Positions 1-10,306 of a stretch of DNA of 64,000 bases are shown in pieces. Position numbers and translations under genes: made by a program. Source of the stretch: Acidimicrobiia bacterium (GTDB lineage: Bacteria > Actinomycetota > Acidimicrobiia > Spongiisociales > ZC4RG35); the NCBI GenBank assembly GCA_965203555.1, contig CBDBCY010000004.1:2720001-2784000 (forward strand). Direction: 5' to 3'. The notes below the pieces were generated by a model. That model saw only the letters and a list, made by a program, of their open reading frames with translations. It did no database searches and was not told the origin of the DNA. How positions within the stretch are numbered: position 1 is the first letter of the stretch; each line of letters starts with the position of its first letter.

Positions 1-17
1 ACGCCCTGTCGCAGCAG

Positions 18-344
18 GTGCCCGAGCGCTTCGAACTTCTGTGCGCCGTCTCCGATGTGACCGCCGGCGAACTGGTGGTGTTCTCCACCGACTTGGAGGC
101 CGACGACCCCACGGTGGACAGTCTGATCGAGATCTACCCGGGCGCCGACTGGCACGAGCGAGAGGCGCGGGAGATGTTCGGGATTACTTTCGTCGGCCAC
201 CCCCGGCCGGAGAACCTCTACCTTCCCAACGGGTTCGTGGGGAACCCGCTGCTCAAGTCCTTTCCTTTGCTCAGCAGGGAAGTGAAGCCCTGGCCGGGAG
301 ATGTGGATGTGGAGGAGATGCCGTCCGATGGGGGAGGCGCCTGA
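18..344 (+). CDS. nuoC: NADH-quinone oxidoreductase subunit C (5' end probably before window)
   Basis: ADWHEREAREMFGITFVGHP and GNPLLKSFPL motifs; directly upstream of nuoD. Confidence 0.9.
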   Translation: MPERFELLCAVSDVTAGELVVFSTDLEADDPTVDSLIEIYPGADWHEREAREMFGITFVGHPRPENLYLPNGFVGNPLLKSFPLLSREVKPWPGDVDVEEMPSDGGGA

Positions 345-345
345 G

Positions 346-1536
346 ATGACCGTGGCCCCCGAAATGGTGAGGAACCTGGCCGGAGCAGCCGTCTCCGTGG
401 AACTGGAGACTCCCGACATGACCCTCAACATCGGTCCCCAGCATCCGTCGACGCACGGGGTTCTGCGCCTGGTGGCGAAGGTGGACGGGGAGCGGGCTTT
501 CGATGTGCAGCCGGTGATCGGATACATGCACCGGGGCTACGAAAAGCTATCGGAGGTGCGAACCTACCCGCAGATCACCGCTTTGATCAACCGGATCGAC
601 TGGGTGTCGGGCTACGCCAACGAGATCCCTTTCATCGTGGCCGCCGAGCGATTGTTGGGAGTGGAACCGCCCGAGCGGGCCCAGTTCATCCGGCTGATCC
701 TCACCGAGATGGCCCGCATATCATCACACCTGGTTTTCCAGGCGTCCTATCCGCTGGAATTGGGGGCGGCCACCCCGCTGTTCTTCGCCCTGCGGGAGCG
801 GGAGCGGGTGCTGGATCTGATCGAGATGGTGACCGGTGGACGGTTCCATCCCAATTTCAATCGCATCGGCGGGGTGAAGCCGGCAGTGGGAGCGGGGCCC
901 ACCACCCGAAAGACCGTCCAGGACCTCCCGGCCGGTTTCCTGGCGGAGACCCGGGACGCCATGGACCGGGTGCTGTCCACCGCCGATCAACTGGAGGATT
1001 TGGTGGCCGGCAACGAGATAGTCCTGGCTCGAACCAAGGGCATCGGGATTCTCCCGCCCGAGGTGGCGATCGCCTACGGTGTCTCGGGACCCAACCTGCG
1101 AGCCTCCGGCGTCGGGTTCGACCTTAGAAATGTCTCCGACTACCTGCCCTATCACCTCTTTGACTTCCGGGTTCCCACCGGACAGGTGGGCGACTGCTGG
1201 GACCGGTGGTGGGTGCGCCTTGAAGAGATACGCCAGTCGGCTTCCATCGTTCGCCAGGCAGTGGACTCCATTCCCTCCGGTCCGCTTCAGGCCAAAGTGC
1301 CCCGCATCATCAAGGTCCCGGCCGGGGAGATCTACGTGCGGGCCGAGAACCCCAAGGGGGAGATGGGGTATTACGTGGTCTCCGACGGGGGTTTGGGTCC
1401 CTACCGGCTCAAGATCCGCTCCGCTTCCTTTTCCAACATCTCCATCCTGCCCTGGGCACTGGAAGGGACCCTGGTGCCTGACATCATCGCCATCATGGGT
1501 TCGCTCGACTTCGTGCTGGGAGACGTGGACCGATGA
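346..1536 (+). CDS. nuoD: NADH-quinone oxidoreductase subunit D
   Basis: LNIGPQHPSTHGVLRL, GYMHRGYEK, C-terminal LDFVLGDVDR; ATG 346 chosen for upstream GGAGG. Confidence 0.95.
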   Translation: MTVAPEMVRNLAGAAVSVELETPDMTLNIGPQHPSTHGVLRLVAKVDGERAFDVQPVIGYMHRGYEKLSEVRTYPQITALINRIDWVSGYANEIPFIVAAERLLGVEPPERAQFIRLILTEMARISSHLVFQASYPLELGAATPLFFALRERERVLDLIEMVTGGRFHPNFNRIGGVKPAVGAGPTTRKTVQDLPAGFLAETRDAMDRVLSTADQLEDLVAGNEIVLARTKGIGILPPEVAIAYGVSGPNLRASGVGFDLRNVSDYLPYHLFDFRVPTGQVGDCWDRWWVRLEEIRQSASIVRQAVDSIPSGPLQAKVPRIIKVPAGEIYVRAENPKGEMGYYVVSDGGLGPYRLKIRSASFSNISILPWALEGTLVPDIIAIMGSLDFVLGDVDR

Positions 1537-1891
1537 ACCTGCAAACCCTCCCAAGGCCCTTCCACCCCGCGAAAAGCATCCCTGACTCGCGAAAACCGCT
1601 TACACCCTCCTTCCCGCCGGGCCCTCCCCCGCCACCACCTTGCCGAGGTTCGAACGCGGGGAGGCGGGGTCGGGGACGAGGCGGACGCCCGTCGCCCGGT
1701 TCGAGGTATGACCTGTTGCGGTCCGCTGACGCCGGGGCGGGCCGGGAGGTTTTTGTGACTGCTTTCAGTATGTCGAGGGCCTGGGACAGTTTCAAGCCCA
1801 CGGGGGCTCTTTTGGCCGTAAGGGGCGGTGAGAATGTTTCGCGACTTCACGGGGTGTGCGGTCAAAGTGGAAATCGGGACGAGGTTTTCCG

Positions 1892-2896
1892 ATGAGTCCC
1901 TGGCTGGCGCTGGCGATCTGGCTGGTGGTGGTGGCCACCATCATCCCGGTGATGGGGATGGCGATCGGCTATGCGGAGATGAAGATATCCGCCCACATGC
2001 AGAGCCGGATCGGTCCCTACTTCGCGGGCGGCCGGTTCGGATGGGCGCAGTTGATCGCCGACGGCGTCAAGTTCTTCCAGAAAGAGGACATCGTCCCCGA
2101 CAACGCCGACCGTGCGGTCTTCAAGATGGCGCCGGTGCTGGTGATGGTGGGAACGGTGGGGCTGTTCGTGGTGATCCCCTTCGGGCCGGGGTTGACCCCC
2201 CAGAACCTCGACCTGGGCATCTTCTATGCCCTCGCCATCTCCTCGATTGGGACCATCGGGGTGCTGATGGCGGGGTGGTCGTCGGGGAACAAGTATTCGT
2301 TGATCGGGGGCTTGCGGGCCGCCGGGCAGTTGATCGCCTACGAACTGCCCTTGGTCTTGGCGGTGGTGGGAGTGGTGATCCTGGCCGGAACCATGAGCCT
2401 CGACGGGATAGTGCAGGCCCAGATCTCGTGGTTCTCCGAGGCCGGCTGGGGACTGGGGATGCCGTTCGTGATCGTCCAGGCGGTGGGCCTGGGAGTGTTC
2501 TTCATAGCCAGCCTGGCGGAGTTGTCCCGCATTCCGTTCGACATGCCCATCGCCGAGTCGGAGTTGGTGATGGGGTATCTCACCGAATACTCGGGCTTTC
2601 GTTTCCTGTTCTTCTTCCTGGCCGAGTTCGCCAACATGTTCACCCTCTCGGCGATCGCCGCCACCCTGTTTCTGGGCGGCTACTGGGTGCCCGGGGTCCC
2701 CGACAACATCCTGCAGTTCGTGGGGCCACTGGTGCTCCTGGGCAAGATCGCCCTGTTCGTGTTCGTCAGCATCTGGTTGCGGTGGACGTTCCCGCGCTTT
2801 CGGGAAGACCAGTTGCAGACCCTGGCCTGGAAGTGGCTGGTGCCGATCTCTTTGGCCAACATCATCGTTACCGGGATCCTGAAGGTGGTGATCTAG
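1892..2896 (+). CDS. nuoH: NADH-quinone oxidoreductase subunit H
   Basis: MQSRIGP, ADGVKFFQKED, RIPFDMPIAESELVMGYLTEYSG, PRFREDQL. Confidence 0.95.
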   Translation: MSPWLALAIWLVVVATIIPVMGMAIGYAEMKISAHMQSRIGPYFAGGRFGWAQLIADGVKFFQKEDIVPDNADRAVFKMAPVLVMVGTVGLFVVIPFGPGLTPQNLDLGIFYALAISSIGTIGVLMAGWSSGNKYSLIGGLRAAGQLIAYELPLVLAVVGVVILAGTMSLDGIVQAQISWFSEAGWGLGMPFVIVQAVGLGVFFIASLAELSRIPFDMPIAESELVMGYLTEYSGFRFLFFFLAEFANMFTLSAIAATLFLGGYWVPGVPDNILQFVGPLVLLGKIALFVFVSIWLRWTFPRFREDQLQTLAWKWLVPISLANIIVTGILKVVI

Positions 2897-3370
2897 ATGA
2901 AACCCCGGATGCCTGTCATACCCGGAAAGGGGCTTGTCAAGGGTATGAAGGTGACCCTCAAGACCCTTTTCACGCGACCGGTCACCGTCAACTATCCCAA
3001 GGTGAAGGAGACCCCGGTGCCCCGGGCACGGGGCGTGATCGCCCTGGATCCGGATGCCTGCACGGTCTGCATGCTGTGCGCCCGCCAGTGCCCCGACTGG
3101 TGCATCTACATAGAGGGACACAAGGAGGAGCGTCCCCCTTCCCGTCCGGGCGGCCGACCCCGGGTGCGCGCCACGCTCGACCGTTTCGACATCGACTACG
3201 CCCTGTGCATGTACTGCGGCATCTGCGTGGAGGTCTGTCCCTTCGACGCCCTGTTCTGGAGCCCCGACTACGAGTACTCCGAAACGGAGATGGGAGAGAT
3301 GCTCCACGACCAGGATCGCCTCCTCGAATGGCTGGACACGGTGCCCGCCGCTCCGGCCCTGGAGAAGTAG
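2897..3370 (+). CDS. nuoI: NADH-quinone oxidoreductase subunit I (2x[4Fe-4S])
   Basis: [12 protein letters not shown] and [12 protein letters not shown] ferredoxin motifs. Confidence 0.95.
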   Translation: MKPRMPVIPGKGLVKGMKVTLKTLFTRPVTVNYPKVKETPVPRARGVIALDPDACTVCMLCARQCPDWCIYIEGHKEERPPSRPGGRPRVRATLDRFDIDYALCMYCGICVEVCPFDALFWSPDYEYSETEMGEMLHDQDRLLEWLDTVPAAPALEK

Positions 3371-3925
3371 ATGGGACTCGAGGACTGGATAGCCGAGCCT
3401 CTCAACTGGGTGTTCGCGGCCATTGCCCTGGCCACGGCGGCCTCGGGATTTCGAGTGGTTACCTCTCCCAACGTGGTTCACGCCGCTCTGTTCCTGGTCG
3501 CCGCCCTGGCCGGCACCGCCGCGCTGTTCCTGTTGCTCTCGGCCGAATTCCTGGCCTGGGTTTTGGTGCTGGTCTACATCGGAGCGGTGATCGTTCTGTT
3601 CCTGTTCGGGATCATGATCACCCGGGCGCCCACCGGGCGCGACGATTCCAATCTGGATCACAAGCGCCGCCTGCCCGCCGCGCTGGTCTCGCTGGCGCTG
3701 CTGGCGCTGTTGTTGTGGGGTCTGATCTCGCAGTGGGGAGACACCACCATCGAAAGGATCACCGCCGGGACTCCCACCACCGTGCTGGGCGAGGGTCTGC
3801 TGGGTCGCTTTGTGTTCCCGTTCGAGGTGGTGGGTTTCGTGCTGCTGGCCGCGCTGGTGGGCGGCATCACCATCGCCCGCCGGGATCTGAGCCCCGCCGA
3901 GGAGAGGGAGCGGGAGGCGAAGTGA
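3371..3925 (+). CDS. nuoJ: NADH-quinone oxidoreductase subunit J
   Basis: Hydrophobic; AEFLA..VLVYIGAVIVLFLF; FPFEV; operon position. Confidence 0.93.
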   Translation: MGLEDWIAEPLNWVFAAIALATAASGFRVVTSPNVVHAALFLVAALAGTAALFLLLSAEFLAWVLVLVYIGAVIVLFLFGIMITRAPTGRDDSNLDHKRRLPAALVSLALLALLLWGLISQWGDTTIERITAGTPTTVLGEGLLGRFVFPFEVVGFVLLAALVGGITIARRDLSPAEEREREAK

Positions 3926-4227
3926 TCCTCAACCAGTTCCTCATCCTGGCAGCGATCCTGTTCGTCATGGGGGTTTACGGGCTGCTGGTTCGCCGCAACG
4001 CGGTGATGGTGCTCCTGTCGGTGGAATTGATGCTGGCGGCGGTCAATATCAACCTGGTGGCGATGGAGGCATTCTGGCAGACCACCGAAGCCCTGGGACA
4101 GATCATGGCAGTGTTCATCATCACCGTGGCCGCCGCCGAAGTGGGGATCGGCTTGGCCATCATCCTGCTGATCTTTCGCAACCGACGCTCGGCGAACGTG
4201 GATGAACTGGACCTGATGAGATGGTGA
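3922..4227 (+). CDS. nuoK: NADH-quinone oxidoreductase subunit K
   Basis: GTG overlapping nuoJ stop; RRNAVMVLLSVELML, AAAEVGIGLAI (C-terminal part of ORF 1828..4227). Confidence 0.93.
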   Translation: MILNQFLILAAILFVMGVYGLLVRRNAVMVLLSVELMLAAVNINLVAMEAFWQTTEALGQIMAVFIITVAAAEVGIGLAIILLIFRNRRSANVDELDLMRW

Positions 4228-6269
4228 ACGTGGGCCTTGCCACGATCTATCTGGCCGCCGAGGAGGGCGGCGCCGTCCATGCCGGAACCGGCGGGATATG
4301 GTCGGAGTGGGCAGGGCTGATGCTGATCGGACCGATGCTGGCGTTCGCGGTGATCGTCATGTTCGGCAAGAGGATGAAGTACCAGGGCGCCGAGGTTGCC
4401 ATCGGGGTGATGGCCTTCAACCTGGTCTGGTCCACGGTGTTGCTGGTCCTCAACATGGGGAACGAGGGGGTGCTGTACGAACGGAGCATCGAGATCGCCC
4501 GGGTGGGCGGGGGGTTGGTGTTCGAATTGGGCTGGATGGTGGACGGCCTCTCGATCATGATGTACTGGGTGGTGGCGGCGGTGGGGCTGGCGGTGTTCGT
4601 CTACGCCCACGGCTACATGAAGGGCGAGATCCGGGTGACGTTCTTCTTCGCCGCCCTGTCTCTGTTCGCCGGGTCGATGCTGGTGCTGGTGGGAAGCCCC
4701 AACCTGGTGCAGTTGATCATCGGCTGGGAGGGCGTCGGATTGGCGTCCTATCTGTTGATCGGCCACTACTGGGAAGAGAAGGAGAACTCCTCGGCGGCAA
4801 TGAAGGCGTTTTACACCAACAAGGTGGCGGACGTCGGTCTGATCATCGGGGTGATCATCATCGGCGTCGTGTTGGGATCGTTCCACTACTGGGACCTGGC
4901 CGCCGCCGCGGCCGAGCACAGTGATCTCCTGGGGCCGGTGGCGGTGACGGCGGCGATCCTTTTATTCATAGGGGCGATGGGCAAGAGCGCCCAATTCCCC
5001 TTCCACATCTGGTTGCCCGACGCCATGGCCGGTCCCACCCCGGTGTCGGCTCTGATGCACGCCGCCACCATGGTCACCGCCGGCATCTACCTGATGGCCC
5101 GCACCTTCCCGCTCTACCAGGAACTGGCCACCGCCGCCCGGCCTTGGATGATCGCGGCGGGAACCATCACCCTGTTCGGCATGGGCCTGCTGGCGTTGGT
5201 GGTTGACGACATCAAGAGGGTGCTGGCCTACTCCACGGTGAGCCAACTCGGCTACATGATGACCGCGGTGGCGGCGGGGGGATACACCGCCGGGCTCTTC
5301 CATCTCTTCACCCATGCCTTCTTCAAGGCGCTGCTGTTCCTGGGCGCTGGCTCGGCGATCCATGCCGTCCACTCCAACAACATGTCCGACATGGGGGGCC
5401 TGCGCCGCCACATGCCCCACACCTACCGCACCTTCGTGATCGGCTCGCTGGCGCTGGCGGGGATATTCCCCCTGTCGGGCTTCTGGTCGAAGGACGAGAT
5501 ACTGGCCACCCTGGGATACGAGGGATACAACCTGGTGATGTGGATAGCGGTGGCCGGAGCGTTCGTAACCGCCTTCTACATGGCCCGGGCGGTCTCGCTC
5601 ACCTTCTTCGGGGAATACCGGGGTCACGGGCATCCTCACGAGTCGCCGCGCATCATGACCGGACCGCTGTGGGCGCTGGCGATACCGGCCGCAGTGGCGG
5701 GCCTGGTGAACATCCCCGGCCTCAAGCTGCCGTTGATCGGTAGCTTCACCTCCTGGCTCTCGGTGCGAAGCGTTCCCATGGGCGACCATCACGCCGAATC
5801 CGTCGACCTTGCCCTGGCCGCCGCCGGCCTGGCCGCGGCCGTCGCAGGGCTGTGGCTGGGCTGGAGAGCGTTCGGGCCTGCTGCCGCCCAACGCCGCGCC
5901 GAGCGCGACTGGGTGGAGATTCCGCTGCTCTACCCGCTGCTCCGTCAGAAGTACTACCTGGATCATGCCGCCCTGGGGCTGGTCTGGACCATTCGCTCTC
6001 CCATGGCGAGGGCGGTGAACTGGGTGAACGACTACGTGATCGACGGGGTGGTGAACATGGTGGGGGCTCTTTGTCAAGGCTTGGCCTCTCTGGTGTACGG
6101 CGGCGTGGACCAGCGGGGCATCGACGGGGTGGTGCACGGAGTGTCGTACGGCGCTTCGGGGATGGGGGGCCTGCTGCGCCGGATTCAGAGTGGCCGGGTC
6201 CAACAGTATGCTGGCCTGCTGGTGGCGGGTCTGCTGGTGCTGGTGGTCGTGGTCCTGTTCGTCCTATGA
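4221..6269 (+). CDS. nuoL: NADH-quinone oxidoreductase subunit L
   Basis: GWEGVGLASYLLIG, GKSAQFPFHIWLPDAMAGPTPVSALMHAATMV, HAFFKALLFL. Confidence 0.96.
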   Translation: MVNVGLATIYLAAEEGGAVHAGTGGIWSEWAGLMLIGPMLAFAVIVMFGKRMKYQGAEVAIGVMAFNLVWSTVLLVLNMGNEGVLYERSIEIARVGGGLVFELGWMVDGLSIMMYWVVAAVGLAVFVYAHGYMKGEIRVTFFFAALSLFAGSMLVLVGSPNLVQLIIGWEGVGLASYLLIGHYWEEKENSSAAMKAFYTNKVADVGLIIGVIIIGVVLGSFHYWDLAAAAAEHSDLLGPVAVTAAILLFIGAMGKSAQFPFHIWLPDAMAGPTPVSALMHAATMVTAGIYLMARTFPLYQELATAARPWMIAAGTITLFGMGLLALVVDDIKRVLAYSTVSQLGYMMTAVAAGGYTAGLFHLFTHAFFKALLFLGAGSAIHAVHSNNMSDMGGLRRHMPHTYRTFVIGSLALAGIFPLSGFWSKDEILATLGYEGYNLVMWIAVAGAFVTAFYMARAVSLTFFGEYRGHGHPHESPRIMTGPLWALAIPAAVAGLVNIPGLKLPLIGSFTSWLSVRSVPMGDHHAESVDLALAAAGLAAAVAGLWLGWRAFGPAAAQRRAERDWVEIPLLYPLLRQKYYLDHAALGLVWTIRSPMARAVNWVNDYVIDGVVNMVGALCQGLASLVYGGVDQRGIDGVVHGVSYGASGMGGLLRRIQSGRVQQYAGLLVAGLLVLVVVVLFVL

Positions 6270-6292
6270 GATACGGTATGGGAGACTGATAC

Positions 6293-7879
6293 ATGGAACT
6301 GTTCGAAAGCTGGGCTCTTAGCCTGATTGTCTTCCTGCCCCTGGCGGGAGCGCTGGTGGCGTTGGCCATTCCCAAAGAACGGGAAGAGGCGGTGAAGCTG
6401 TGGGCGCTCGGGGTGAGCGGCGTTACTTTGGTCCTGGCGGTGATAGTGGCCGCCCGCTTCGACTTCGGATCAGCGAGCCGGTTCCAATTCGAAGTGGATG
6501 TGCCCTGGATCGCCTCGATCGGCGCCAACTACCACATCGGGGTGGACGGGATCAGCCTGCCGCTGCTGGTGCTGTCCGCCCTGGTGGTGGTGCTGTGCGT
6601 CATCTACTCCTGGAAGCACTGGGACGAGCCCCACAACCCCCGGGCTTTCCTGGTTCTGATGCTGATCCTGGCCACGGGGATGAACGGGACCTTCGTGGCG
6701 CTCGACCTGGTGCTGTTCTTCATCTTCTTCGAGTTGGTGCTGCTGCCCATGTACTTCATGATCGGGATCTGGGGAGACCGCACCATGCGCAAGATCCCCG
6801 GATTCAAAAAAGAGGTGGAGACCCGCCTGTATGCCGCCATCAAGTTCTTCATCTTCACGCTGTTCGGCTCGGCTTTCATGCTGCTCGGCTTCCTGGCGCT
6901 TTACTTCAAGTCGGGCACGGGAGGGCTCCACCCCACCTTCGACATCCCCGAGTTGATCGGACGGGGCTTCATTTTCGAGGGAACCTTCGCCTGGCTGGTG
7001 TTCGGAGCGATGTTCCTGGGATTCGCGGTGAAGGTGCCCATGTGGCCGTTCCACACCTGGCTGCCCGACGCCCATACCGCGGCGCCCACGGTCGGCTCGG
7101 TGCTCTTGGCCGCCATCCTCCTGAAGCTGGGCTCCTATGCTTTCATCCGGATCTCCATCCCCATACTTCCCGACACCGCCCGGGAGTGGGCGCCGGCCAT
7201 CGCGGTGCTCAGCGTCATCGGGATCATCTACGGATCGCTTGCGTGCCTGGCGCAGACCGACGTCAAACGCCTGATCGCATTCTCTTCGGTGGGACACATG
7301 GGCTTTGTCATGCTGGGCATCGCCACTCTCACCGAGGTGGGGATCAACGCCGCCATCATCGGGATGGTGGCTCACGGGCTGATCACCGGCCTGTTGTTCT
7401 TTTTGGCCGGGTCCATGCATCACCGCTACCACACCCGGGAGATGTCCCGGCTGGGTGGCAACCTGAAGCTGATGCCCGTGCTGGGAGGGATCCTGGGCTT
7501 CACCGCCATGGCCAGCCTCGGCCTGCCCGGTCTCGCCGGGTTCTGGGGAGAGTTCATGGCGCTTTTGGGGTCCTACCAGCCGCTGCCGGGCCTTTCCACC
7601 GAGTTTTTCCGCACCGCCATGGTGATCGGCGCCATCGGGACGGTGCTCACTGCCGGATACATGCTGTGGATGCTGCAGAAGGTCAACCTGGGAGAGCCGT
7701 CGTCGGAGTGGGCGGGTAAGAAGTTCCACGACGTCGACCGCTACGAGATGGCCGCCTGGGTACCGCTGATCGTGCTGATCGTGGCGGTGGGGGTGTATCC
7801 CAAGCTGGTGCTGGGGGTCACCACCGACGCGGTGGTGGGACTGGTGGAGACGGCCTTCTCGTCAGTCCTCGGAGGCTGA
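6293..7879 (+). CDS. nuoM: NADH-quinone oxidoreductase subunit M
   Basis: GVDGISL, KVPMWPFHTWLPDAH, KRLIAFSSVGHMG, LGLPGLAGFWGE. Confidence 0.96.
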   Translation: MELFESWALSLIVFLPLAGALVALAIPKEREEAVKLWALGVSGVTLVLAVIVAARFDFGSASRFQFEVDVPWIASIGANYHIGVDGISLPLLVLSALVVVLCVIYSWKHWDEPHNPRAFLVLMLILATGMNGTFVALDLVLFFIFFELVLLPMYFMIGIWGDRTMRKIPGFKKEVETRLYAAIKFFIFTLFGSAFMLLGFLALYFKSGTGGLHPTFDIPELIGRGFIFEGTFAWLVFGAMFLGFAVKVPMWPFHTWLPDAHTAAPTVGSVLLAAILLKLGSYAFIRISIPILPDTAREWAPAIAVLSVIGIIYGSLACLAQTDVKRLIAFSSVGHMGFVMLGIATLTEVGINAAIIGMVAHGLITGLLFFLAGSMHHRYHTREMSRLGGNLKLMPVLGGILGFTAMASLGLPGLAGFWGEFMALLGSYQPLPGLSTEFFRTAMVIGAIGTVLTAGYMLWMLQKVNLGEPSSEWAGKKFHDVDRYEMAAWVPLIVLIVAVGVYPKLVLGVTTDAVVGLVETAFSSVLGG

Positions 7880-7882
7880 GCG

Positions 7883-9364
7883 ATGCCGCGGATCGACTGG
7901 CTGGCCATCGCGCCCGAGTTGGTGGTGGCCGCAGCGCTGCTGGTGGTGCTGGCAGTCGATCTGTTCCTGCCGAGGGAGCGCAAGTACTACGTGGCGGCCC
8001 TGGCGCTGGTGGGAACCGCACTGGCGATGGTGCCGGTGATTCTCATGGCGGTCTCCGGCGATTCCTATTCGATGTTCGACGGTTCCTACGTGGTCGACCC
8101 CTTCGCACTGGTGCTGAAGGGAGTGTTCCTGGTCGCCGGATACCTGGTGCTCCTGCTTTCTGTCTCCTACGTGGAGTCGGATCGCTTTTACCAGGGGGAG
8201 TACTACCTTCTGCTCCTCTCATCTCTGCTGGGTTCCATGGTTCTGACCTCGGCGCGGGATCTGGTGGTGCTGTTCGTTGCCCTGGAACTCACCACCGGAC
8301 CGTTGTTCCTGCTGGCCGGCTGGCGCAAGGGCGACCTGCGCTCCAACGAGGCTTCTCTCAAGTTCTTCATCATCGGGGTGCTCTCCACCGGCCTGATGCT
8401 CTATGGAATGTCGCTTCTGTTCGGGCTCACCGGCGAACTCTCCTTCACAGGGATCCGCGAGGCGATCGCTTCCGGCGACATGGCTTCGGAACCGGTGCTG
8501 GGCCTGGCCGTACTCTTGATCCTGGTGGGATTCGGTTTCAAGGTGTCGGCCGTGCCGTTCCACTTCTGGGCGCCGGACACCTACCAGGGGTCGCCTCCGC
8601 CGGTCACCGCCTACCTGTCGGTTTCCTCCAAACTGGCCGGGTTCGTGGCCATGCTGGCGGTGGTCTACCTGGCGTTGCCGGCCGTCACCGACTTCTGGGG
8701 GCCGGCGCTGTGGCTGATGGCGGCCGCCTCCATGACCGTCGCCAACCTGTCGGCTCTTCGCCAGACCCATCTGATCCGCCTGCTGGCCTACTCCTCGGTG
8801 GCCCAGGCCGGGTTCATGTTGGTGCCCTTCGCCGGGGCGGCGATCGCCCGGGACGGTCTGGCGGAAGGGTTGGGCGCCACGGTCATCTACCTGGTGATCT
8901 ACGCGGTGATGAACCTGGGCGCCTTCGCGGTGGTGATCGCCGGCGGCCGCCGGATCGGAAGCTACGAGATCTCAGACTGGAGGGGTCTGGGTTCCTACGC
9001 CCCCCGCCTGGGCGTGATGCTGGCGGTGTTCTTCCTGTCGCTGGCGGGGCTTCCTCCCCTGGCCGGGTGGTTCGCCAAGTTCGTGATGTTCCGGGCGGTA
9101 CTGATCTCCACCGGCCCGGCCGGCGTGTGGCTGGCGGTGATCGCGGCGGTGAACGCGGTGGTGGCCTTCTACTACTACGCCCGGGTGGTGAAGAGCGCCT
9201 GGTTCGACCAGGCCCCCGACGCGATCCCCGAGGACACCGAGACCGGCCCCACCGCACCTCTCAACCTGGCGATGGGAGTGTCGCTGGTGGTGGTGCTGGT
9301 GGTGGGCGCCTTCCCGGCCATAGCGACCTTCTTCGGCGACGCGGCGGCGGCGCTGGTTCCCTGA
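7883..9364 (+). CDS. nuoN: NADH-quinone oxidoreductase subunit N
   Basis: SNEASLKFF, FKVSAVPFHFWAPDTYQG, RLLAYSS, SLAGLPPLAGWFAK. Confidence 0.96.
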   Translation: MPRIDWLAIAPELVVAAALLVVLAVDLFLPRERKYYVAALALVGTALAMVPVILMAVSGDSYSMFDGSYVVDPFALVLKGVFLVAGYLVLLLSVSYVESDRFYQGEYYLLLLSSLLGSMVLTSARDLVVLFVALELTTGPLFLLAGWRKGDLRSNEASLKFFIIGVLSTGLMLYGMSLLFGLTGELSFTGIREAIASGDMASEPVLGLAVLLILVGFGFKVSAVPFHFWAPDTYQGSPPPVTAYLSVSSKLAGFVAMLAVVYLALPAVTDFWGPALWLMAAASMTVANLSALRQTHLIRLLAYSSVAQAGFMLVPFAGAAIARDGLAEGLGATVIYLVIYAVMNLGAFAVVIAGGRRIGSYEISDWRGLGSYAPRLGVMLAVFFLSLAGLPPLAGWFAKFVMFRAVLISTGPAGVWLAVIAAVNAVVAFYYYARVVKSAWFDQAPDAIPEDTETGPTAPLNLAMGVSLVVVLVVGAFPAIATFFGDAAAALVP

Positions 9365-9985
9365 CCGCAGCAACACCCATTCCCCGGATCAGGCCGGGCC
9401 GCGCTTTTCATCACATTGGTTACGGACCGGTAGAAAGCGGCCCGCCGGGTTCGCCCAACACGACCAACCACCCAGGCGCGACCTTCGAACCCCCGGCCGA
9501 CGACGCCGGCCCCGGCGGCAGCGGTGACTCAACCCGACGTCCACAGGGTGTCGATGGAACAGGCGGTCGCGCATTTTTAGGTTCTGCCGACCGGTGTGGA
9601 CCAGAATGCCTGCTCGGAACGATCCGGGCGCCGCTCTGTCCAAGTATTCGCGGAGCCAGGCGATGTGGAGGGCTTGGGCTTTCTAACCTTGGTCTACTTT
9701 ACAATTATCCTCACGACTAATGACCATATTTTCGCCACGGTAGTTGCCAAATCTCTCCCATGCTTCAACTCACAGGTTCTTGAATCCCGATGTGATCCGA
9801 GTCGTATTCCCAGAGTTGGACGCGCCCCTCCCGGCAGTGTTCTTGGCGCCGCGTCCCAGCGCCGGTTCCCTGATCGGAGGCCGCAACCGAAGGCGGTTTC
9901 AAGGTTGTGCGGTGCTCTCTCGTAGCCTCAAAGTCCGGGAACATCGTATAATGAGATGTGTCGAAGACGCCTTTGAAAGGGGAGG

Positions 9986-10306
9986 TTGATGGGGGGCATG
10001 GAGATGGCATCGCCAAAGCAAGAAGGGGTGGACCGCAGGCATCCAACCCGCACGAAAGAGGAAGTTGCCCGCCTCGGCAAGGAGATCTATCAACGGCACA
10101 TCCGGCGGCAGGTGGAGGCGGACAACGTCGGAGAGGTGGTCTCCATTGATGTGGAGACCGGCAGTTGGGCCATTGGCCACGATGTGCTGGAAGCGGCGGA
10201 TCGCTTGCGGGAGCAGCGCCCGGACGCTGTCAACGTGTGGAGTGAGCGGGTCGGGTACAGGACCATGGCAAGCATGGGGGGCGGTCCCCTGCGAAGGACA
10301 GGGTGA
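9986..10306 (+). CDS. small hypothetical protein of the type commonly paired with clan AA aspartic proteases (DUF5678-like, tentative)
   Basis: EEVARLGKEIYQRHIRRQVE..GEVVSIDVETG; stop overlaps GTG of the protease gene. Confidence 0.6.
   Translation: MMGGMEMASPKQEGVDRRHPTRTKEEVARLGKEIYQRHIRRQVEADNVGEVVSIDVETGSWAIGHDVLEAADRLREQRPDAVNVWSERVGYRTMASMGGGPLRRTG

Noticed and set aside
1533-1895. 120-aa Pro/Gly/Arg-rich ORF, or a riboswitch, between nuoD and nuoH
   Set aside because: Low-complexity GC-driven translation with no motif; no recognisable aptamer consensus.
1828-3921. 799-aa ORF and other long overlapping/antisense ORFs (e.g. 1862..3661, 26832..28961, 32997..34607)
   Set aside because: Shadow frames of high-GC3 genes; only the last ~101 codons of 1828..4227 (nuoK) are real.
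9365-9985. Intergenic region after nuoN as ncRNA or gene
   Set aside because: No convincing ORF, terminator or RNA motif seen.
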